A program made the translations under genes and the position numbers. This document shows positions 54,376-64,000 of a DNA stretch of 64,000 bases, piece by piece. This DNA comes from Eledone cirrhosa (taxonomy: Eukaryota). The stretch covers positions 110,360,001 to 110,424,000 of the forward strand of contig OZ024742.1 of the NCBI GenBank assembly GCA_964016885.1. The letters run 5' to 3'. The notes under the pieces are model-generated. The model was not told the origin of the DNA and did no database searches. It saw only the letters and a program-made list of their open reading frames with translations. Each line of letters opens with the position of its first letter. Position 1 is the first letter of the stretch.

Positions 54376-54823
54376 ATTGATGTTATTATTTTAACTATTC
54401 AATATCTAGTTATTTTGTTATTGATATTATTGTTCTAGTCTAATACCACTCCTCTATAAAACCCATGCCTTGTATATTATCCTCACATTCGCTCGCTCTA
54501 TGAATTAACTGGTTATAAACAAAGTATTGGAGATCGATTGACGCAACATCTAGCGATTAGCGAACTCTAGACCTACCAGATCAAAGAAACAATTGTCAGC
54601 ACTGTGAAATAAAGCCCTTATTGTACAGACAACCATGTTACTCTTATTTCTTGAATTATTATTACTCCAAGTATAACCTACATAGAAATCACTGTGAACT
54701 CGCTGCATCACTATGGAAGCGTCTTGAGTCAAACCAAGCCATACGTTAATACCATCCACAGCACAGAGTACTCTTACTGGACTACCTCTAAGTGGATTGC
54801 CTATAACGGTAACTTGTTATCCC

Positions 54824-54910
<87 letters not shown>

Positions 54911-55999
54911 TGTGTGGGTGTATGTGTATGCGTAAACACACGCCTGGAGTTTGTATAGAATCTGCTTGTAGGTTTAGAACTAAAAAAGGCGCACGACGAC
55001 CGTAACTACTAAACTAATGTGGTAGATGATGTCATTCACACAAGCTCAGTAATGCCATAATAATTCACTAGTATACTATCTGCTAATTAAACATTATCCG
55101 ATCCACTTCCTTCTGCTATTGCTGTAAATGTGCAGTTATACTTTTAACCACATCATTGAACCATATATAGCATCAGGTGCACCAGAAACCACTAATGGTT
55201 CTAGTAAATGTATTTTTCCTCAGTATTTGTCGTTATTCTCTCTCCAAATTCTAAAAGCTGTCTATGCATTCTGTACAAAGACCTTTCAAAATCGAATATG
55301 AGTGCTCAATTAAAGCTTAATAATATTCGTTATTATGGTTAAGTGATGAATCTCCAGAGTAACAACTCTGGAGTTTCACCTGTGTACTCACAAGAACATC
55401 GATAAAAGAAGTATCAGAACAGCCCTTTGCACTCCCAGTTGTCATATTCTGGATGTTCTGTGAGTTCAAGGTAAAGAGGTATGGCAGAGTGTCTGTCTAT
55501 GCTCACTACTGCATGGACACCCAAAACCTTTAGCGAAAGCATGGTACATACTACCAAGCCATATTCTATTGCCATATCAGTTGAGGGTACAAGAACTTTG
55601 CAGTAATTAAATATGTCATGACAGATACACCTGATTTACAAAATCCTACTGTTTATAAATGCGCCAGAAAAGAAGTATACAAAAGCAAGGAAACCTAAAT
55701 ATCCAGTCATTGTATCTATAATATTACTATTACTTTCATCCATTAATTATGGCAGTAATGTCTCAAAGATATACCCTACTTCAACTCTCTTAATCTATCA
55801 AATGTCAACTGATAAAGAGTTTAATTTCATTATCTAAAAATCTCTCTACCTGGTTTCATTATCTTACGTCTTAGAGATATGAACTATATTCTTTTGTCTA
55901 ACATTAGGCCACTCAACTTTCATTGTTTTTACTCATCACTTCTTTCTCCTATATTATGACACTCGTACATATATATACATGTGTACTTAAACATAGATT

Positions 56000-56068
<69 letters not shown>

Positions 56069-56465
56069 GCGCGCACACACATACATATATACACACACAC
56101 ACACATATATATATTAATGAAAGTAGAGGAACTACTGAGAGATAGATGGTTTCGATTAGTTAGAAGAGGTAACTAGCGGAAACTGCCGAACTCATGGTAG
56201 ATCCTCTACTTTCACCTATATACCCACACTGTATCTTGCCATGTATCGAATACTTCTTTGATTTCCCAGTTCCAGTACCACTGACTATCAATATATATGT
56301 ATATACATATTAGTAAGTTGTGTTACTGTAGTTACACAGCTTACTAACATTTATACAATGGTAATATGTCAATAAAGTTTGTACTTATGTTGCAACACGG
56401 ACTTCGATTCTTTTTAAACCCCCCCCCCTCTCTTTCACTCTCTCACTGCACACACATACAAACAT

Positions 56466-56508
<43 letters not shown>

Positions 56509-57140
56509 ACCTCTCTTCCCTCGCCGTCTTTAAAACATTATTGAACGTTAATTATATTATGATTTTAACCTACAGGTAAAATAACTAGGGTTCGAAATTC
56601 AGTATTTTCCACGAGCTATAAATAAATTGACGCAAACCTTAATTGCTTTAACAAAGAAATACATAATTTCCTTCTAATGTCGCACAGTTCAAACTGTGTA
56701 TCTAATAAAAAGAACTAATAAAAACTGAAAAATAAAATTTTTTTTTAAATATTTCCTGATTGTACTCGAGTTTAAAGGAAAAAAAAAATCACCATCTTTT
56801 TATCTATTTTACATAAATCAACTACACTAGCTGAAGTATCACTTGTCAAGTAGTAATAAACATCACATATATTGATTATTTTGCAATGTTAGTATATTAT
56901 GGATTATTTATGAATGAGTTGTGTATATTGTTGTTGCTGTGGGAGTTAATTTTATTGTTGAGACCCAGTTCAGTTTTCATTTGAGAAGAACTATAATCAA
57001 ATGTATTCTAGTCATGCCCTCTCTCCCTTTTTCCTGTATGCAGGAAACCAGGAACACATTGCCAAGCATGTCCTTTCTTTAATGTACTTGCATTTTCTTA
57101 TATTTATCCCTTTTCACATAACAGAAAAATACTTGTCAAT

Positions 57141-57320
57141 GGTGGATTGGCAGTATCGGTAGAACATCTGACACCATGCTTTGCAGCATAGAGTTATGAG
57201 TTCAAATCCCACCGAAGTTAGCTTTGCCTTTCATTCTTACGGGGGTCGATAAAATAAAGCACCAGTAATGCACTGGGGTAATTATTGGCCTTGTGCCAAA
57301 AGTAGAAACAATATTAATAA
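57141..57320 (+). mobile_element. tRNA-derived SINE
   Basis: TGGCAGTATCGG A box, GAGTTCAAATCC B box, central domain, AT-rich tail. Confidence 0.82.
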
Positions 57321-58850
57321 AATCTTACATTGATTATTTGGTTATAAATCTTAATATTTAATAGATAAAATGCCAGTGAATTGTTGTAGTTATTATTTAG
57401 TTTCAGTTCAGTCCTGATTTAAACAGAACTGTTATCGAAGGCATTCGAACGTATTTTAGCCATAACCACGTTGTCATTTTCCTATGCGCAGAAAACTAAG
57501 GAAAGGATTATGCAATATGTTTATTCTTGATGTACATGAATTTAAAGAGAAAAGAAACAAACTTCACCTCTTCACCTATTTCACATAAATCAGATACACA
57601 AACACAAAACATATGTCAAGTATTAACAAACGTCAAGATTCGATTAATTTATAATGCATATCTATATTTTATAGATAATTAGTTAATGTATTGTTGTTGG
57701 TGTTGTTTAGACTTATTTGAACAGATCTGTGATCACAAGCATTCCCTGCTGTCTTTTATCAAAGCACAAGATTCCCAGATTTTCAACATTTAGCGTTTCC
57801 TTTTAAACGTACTTGAGATTAAATGAAAAAGAACAATGATAAATATCTTCATATCAAGAAGCTCCTAAAACATTACATATTTAAGATACATATTTTACAC
57901 AATAAGATAATTAATAAATGAATCTCAGTTACGACGAGGGGTGTTCGAGTTGTTCGATCAATAGAAAAGGCTAGCGGTTAAATTAATTGGCAAGTTGTTG
58001 AGTATTTCATTGGTATATGTACTCTTAACTTAATTCTCAGTGTAGCTTAGCATGGCATAGCGTGTGTCAAAGGTGCATCTTTGAGTCGGACGTTCTGTCT
58101 ATACGATGGGTTACTAAACATTTTCTGTCGACCCAATTTCACTCAGTAGGCTTAAGTCGACTTAGTGATATAGTAAATGGCACTTACCCAAGACACCATG
58201 TAGTAGAACCAAAGCGAACTTTTGAACAATTCAGCAATGCTGTGATCTGAAAATAATTTTTTACTAAAAGGTTAACGAAAGGAAATAGACATTATTTTTT
58301 TCTCTGCACATTTACTCTGCATTTGAATGAATATTGTACTACTAATTCATAGGAAAAACCAATGTCTGAAAACTTATTAGGTTGTTATGTAACCATGCAT
58401 GTGAACATATTTCTATTTTCTGTCGTATAATTGATTTCATGTTTCGAATAACTCGTATTTCTAGCTTCAATAGTTTCTAAGATACCAGAGAGAACACTAA
58501 ATCAATCAAACCATCAAGTAAGCGAACATACTAAACAAAAATAAAGTCACTTAATTTCTTGCTGGTTAGATACGTTGATTGGCGTGCAGGTTTGAGATGG
58601 TGGTATAAGTCACTATGAATGTGACGTAATTGAAAGTACATCATTATCTTAGACAGGAGACACAATAATTTCATGTCACTTGCTACCATTACTATTATTG
58701 GACATTTTCAAAGACGTTAACTCATTACATGTTGGAGGTAGTTTTCATTCGACACCAGTGTTGAATTTTCTAAATTCATTTATCTGACATGACATTGCAA
58801 TGGAAATATCCTTATATTCTTAAGGAAGACTACTACTACAATCGATGTCT

Positions 58851-58924
<74 letters not shown>

Positions 58925-61115
58925 TACACATTCATATTACAAACCACTCATTATATTATACATATCGTAGGCAATGATTTTGATCAGATAACATATTTCA
59001 GCACACACAACAATACGCATGCGCCACTTATATGCCGAAAACTGTCACTAGAGGCTCCCTATTTTCGAGGCATTCTGTTCATGATCATTTGGTCTTTTCT
59101 GATATATGGTGCCTCAGAGTACATTGTTAAATATTTTCCTTTGATGTTTTTGTCTGTAGATTCCAATAAATGTCTGTAGATTGCTATTCTATGACTGCAT
59201 AGAAGCTTATCATCGCTTATTTTATAACATGGAAATTTAGAGATCTCGGAAGACACAGTAGGAAGTTTCTAATTTGAATGCAGATGAGGGGTTAACTACT
59301 ACTCATTTTGATGGGAACAGCAGCGAAATTTTAAAATTACATTCCAGAGTCTTAAGAACGAAAGAATATAATGGAGTATCTAGTTACAGATAGACTACGC
59401 CTGATAAAGAAAAAATAACCGTTTTAGTCACGAATCGAACCTCTTTGATCATAGGTCTCTTCTATCATATCTCTGAACATTCATTTAGCAGAAACCTTTC
59501 TAAAATGCTATGCAACAGAATTTAAAGTTATTTTCATAGAAAGGCACGCTCAATTATTAATGTAAACAATAAAATCTATTCACAAGTAAATATTCAAGAA
59601 ATTTAAAATCGTTTATTTGATTTATTCATTTTAAATATTCTAATATAAACCATTTTATTGCAGTTCCTCTTCAGAACCTATTTTAAAGAACAAAAAATAT
59701 TGATGAATCCTGAAACATGCATGTTTAAGGAAATTACCATCTTTTTCTATTTTTACTTCCTGATTTGTTTTTACAGCACGACCTTTGCAGGATTTAGAAT
59801 TGCGAACACACCAAAGAAAAGAATCAGAAATATTCTTTCTCTTTCCCTTCCTCTCTCTCACTCTCTTAATCATACTTTCTTTTTTTTATTTCTTCCACCC
59901 TTTCCTTCATTTGTGGTGGTAGTGGTAGTAAGGAGAATCTTAATAAACTGTCTCATAACAATAGGTAACATCACGAAAACGAGGCTTTCTTTACTACATT
60001 TCCTTGTTTCCTTTCAGTCTTTATAGAAGGAAAGTGTGAAGATAAAAGACTCCCTTGAATGCTGGATATAATTTCAGAACAGGTCTGTACAATTCCCTTT
60101 ACCCAAAGCATGAATTTTAATTTGGTTTCCTAAAAGATGAGATGAAAAATATACAAAAATTAGTTTTAAAGTATTTTTGTCAGATTATAACATTTTTCCT
60201 GTGAGTCTACAAAATTGCATTTTGGGTGATATGAGCATAACGTTTTTTTAAATATATTTTTATATATTATTTTGTAAACTTGAACTGTGTATCATGAACA
60301 ATTGTGAAGATATTAAAAATAAGACATTTCTCTATAGGGACATTTTTGATTATATCAAGGCGTTAATATCATTTTATTGAAGGCTGGATAGAAATTAATA
60401 GTTACATTCAGGAGAAATGTATGAATGGTTAGAGAACTTTACTGCATTTCCACTGTGCACTTCACATCCACCATCATTAATTCTTCTCACTCTAACAAAA
60501 ACAAGACAAGACAACAACAAAAATAAAACAGCAATAATAACAGGAAAAACACAAATATTACTTGCAACACGTTGGCCCACGCATGTAGCTACATGCTTAC
60601 ATATATCTCTGATGAGATACAAAAATATTTTATATGGAAGCTCATTCCTTGATTGTTTGATATGAAATAGTGAAGGACGAATGATAGAGTGATATAGGTA
60701 AACATTGAGAACTGAATGGTTGTGCTACAGCTTACTGTGGTTCATGTTCCTTATTGTTTAGTCAGAAAGGGAAGGGCAGTCTCGAAACCTCGTGGGAGGG
60801 GTAGAAATGTATCTACAAACTGGAGAACTGCTCCGAATGCTTTCAATAGAGAACATTCCTTTAAAAGCTCCTAAGCATTATGTGGCGATGTTAAGCCAAA
60901 AGACGGACTAAATTTACCACCGAAGCAAGCCACTGTGGAATTCGACCTAGGTGAGGTTTGAACTTAGAGTTCATAGAGCCAGAACATATACCACGTCATT
61001 TTATAATACGCCCTAATGATCTTTCCCCACCTTATGTACAGATGAAGTCCTTTTATATATCATCTATGTATATATATATATATAATCTAATAAAATACAC
61101 CGATATATATTCACA

Positions 61116-61204
<89 letters not shown>

Positions 61205-61206
61205 TC

Positions 61207-61256
<50 letters not shown>

Positions 61257-61283
61257 CTAATAAAATCGATATATATTCACACA

Positions 61284-61406
<123 letters not shown>

Positions 61407-62629
61407 GCTAAAAATTTAAATAATTCTGCTAAAATATACCCGGAATGAGAAAATGTAGGATTACAGAGTGAGAGAGAGCTGGACTTTGCATTGGTGGGAA
61501 CTGTGATTGATAAGGTGACGTAATAAAGCAGAGATCTTTCAACTGAAATCCTTGTCATTGTCGCATGCCTCGTGCGTTTTTATCTTTGATCAATTGAATA
61601 CTCCCCAACATTCTAAAAATGATCGCGAGTATATCATAAATGCTCCAATCCTCTTTATGTCATATGTAGTATATTTACAGTGTTTCGAGAGTTGCCTGAT
61701 CCAAGAAGAGTGTCTTAGAAATAAAGTGTTATTTGTTGAACTGGTAGCATGTCCTCTCTGGAGCTGATTGACAAAGATCCTGTCATATCTTGAACTGGAA
61801 GAGCAAGATACTGTCAGTCATTGAGCTGCGAAACCAAGTTTATGTCATCGCCTGAACTAAGAGGCAAGGGTCATATCTTCAACTGAAAAACCAGGATATC
61901 GTAATTCTTTGAACTGGGAAACCACGGTAATGTCGTCGTCTGAGCTGAGAGGCAAAGATCTGGCTGATTCACGATTCAACTATCCAAGATCATGTCAAAG
62001 TTTGAGCTTGATGGTCCGCATAATCCATTATAGCAAACCAAAATTGTGTCTCATGAGATGTCAGGTCAACAACATACCGTCTATTTGGACGTCAGACCAG
62101 AATGATGTCTTTTAAACAGGGATTTCAAATATAGACTATTGTGCTCTTGATCTGGTATATCAACATCTTATAAACGCTAATAGAAAGTTATAATTTTTAA
62201 TGTATAAAAATAAAGAAATAAGATAGAAACATTAACGGATTAACGACAGATGGAGGGTTGAATTTGTCGGGCAGATATTGTATACGTATAGGTATTGCAT
62301 AAATGCATTTATATCGAGTGAATTTAATGCGTATCGTATAATGTATGTGATCGAATTCTTCTTTCGTAAGATATTTATTTCAATATTGGTAATCAGCCTG
62401 AAGATTCTTCTTCTCAGTAGAAAACCAAAATGTTTATGACAAATCGTCTTTGTATATTGATATACTCTTGTATTCTTTTATTGTTTTATGCATTTCAGGC
62501 ATTAAGCTGAGACCATGCTGGGGTACAAGTTTTGAAGTTTCATTTTTATTATCCTATATTATGCAAACAACTCGAAATCAACGATTTTCTTCAATAAAGA
62601 TAAATTAAACTCTCGATAAATTAGTGAGA

Positions 62630-63005
62630 GGTGGATCGGCTGAATCAATAGAGCATCATACAAAATGTGCTGTATTTATTTGCGTACCTTCATGAGTCAG
62701 AATCTCTTAATTCCCTTTCACATTTCTAGTGCTTTGCAGTATTTAGTTACGATTTTGTACGTTCTAAGTTCAAATCCCGCGAAGGTCATCTTTGCCTTTC
62801 ATCCTTCTGAGGTCGATAACATAAATTCAACTTAAGTACGAGGGTTGATTTAATCAAATGTTTCCTTCCTTCCAAATTTACTGGCCTTGTGCGTAAATTA
62901 TCAATCAATATTTCCATAATAGTTAGATTAAGTAACAGTCAGGTACTGGGGGTTGATATAATCGACGGTTCCCAGGGATTCAGTATTTGTGACATTGTGC
63001 TTACT
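62630..63005 (+). mobile_element. Old SINE copy with partial duplication
   Basis: GTTCAAATCCCG...TTTGCCTTTCATCCTTCTGAGGTCGATAA. Confidence 0.7.
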
Positions 63006-63798
63006 GTTAGATAGAAAGTATTAATAAGAAATTTTTTTGCTATGAATTAGTCAGATGTAAAAGGGTAGCTCCCATCATCTTTTATGGCGGCCACAGGGAT
63101 TCAACTGCTGAAAGAGAGTAAACTCTTTGAATATTGTCAGAATTCTTGCAAAAGAGAGGGTTGTGCTAATAAGACCAAGTCCGACATGATTAGTCCAGTT
63201 TTTAACTACCATATCTTTTCACTCGCAAACTTGGGTCGACTCTAGGTTTCTATTATTTAGACTTACGTGGTTACAAAGCAAACGTATCTACCAACATCGC
63301 CATACTAGTATCCACATTATTCTATTGAGAAATTTTATTTTTTTATTCTCACAACTTAAAACTTATAGTCTCTTAAATCGAAAATTTACTATCCTACGAT
63401 AATCAGAAAGTAAATATTTATTATATACTTTTAAAAATACATTTGAGAATTTAATCCGATTTCATGAATAATTTCATGAGTTCATCAAACGTTATCAGAA
63501 TGTGTTTTGTTATCATTTGATTGTAGGAAATTGTTGTGTAATATTTATAGTTATTTTATTCGTTTTTATATCTAACAGATAAGGTAGGAAATCCTTTCTA
63601 TTATGAGTAGAGCACGAAATGCGAAAGATGTTATTTAGGAAGAAGGAAAAGTAAATTTAATTATCAATACAGATAAGTTTTTTGTAGCGTTTCGTTTATA
63701 AAAATTATTCAAATTATCTGTTGTTTTTTTCTCTGTCTTGCTTGCTCATTCTATCTCCTAGTTCATTAGCACTTTCATTTTTACTCCCCTCTTTCTCT

Positions 63799-63863
<65 letters not shown>

Positions 63864-63908
63864 GTGACGAAACATAAGTCATTTGCATGAACTCATAATC
63901 CTTTATTT

Positions 63909-63964
63909 ACTGCTATATATATTTCGATGATAGCCATTGAATGGCTATGACCTCATCAGGCAGT
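63909..63964 (-). ncRNA. Type I HHR, family F-related
   Basis: ACTGC CTGATGA GGTCATAGCCAT-tca-ATGGCTATCATC GAAA TATATA TA GCAGT, followed by AATAAA. Confidence 0.92.
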
Positions 63965-64000
63965 TAGTCAGTTCTTAGATATGCTAGCTCGGTGTTTATA

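Noticed and set aside
54540-55880. Possible host exons or transposase
   Set aside because: Only short frames with no recognisable motif or supported splice structure.

Overview
AT-rich, microsatellite-laden animal DNA with no host exon I can support. Repeat style and the SINE suggest a cephalopod (octopus-like) genome, which is inference. The window is almost all retroelement debris inserted into simple repeats: (i) a head-to-tail stack of four L1/Tx1-like copies separated by (TATC)n (5.5-13.2 kb); (ii) decayed Penelope-like elements (PLEs; RT and GIY-YIG remnants) and many non-coding tandem/inverted units of PLE-like architecture; (iii) RTE fragments, an R4/Dong-like endonuclease end, and tRNA-derived SINEs. 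The main signal is invisible in the ORF track. Folding by eye gives about 20 type I hammerhead ribozyme (HHR) motifs, intact or decayed, from roughly ten sequence families. They include ORF-less 300-470 bp tandem units with one HHR each (retrozyme-like), compensatory base changes between copies, non-canonical cores (U3:A8, A4, mismatched 10.1/11.1), and an octamer+TATA-like module upstream of the HHR in two related families. No structure was computed and no cleavage is demonstrated.
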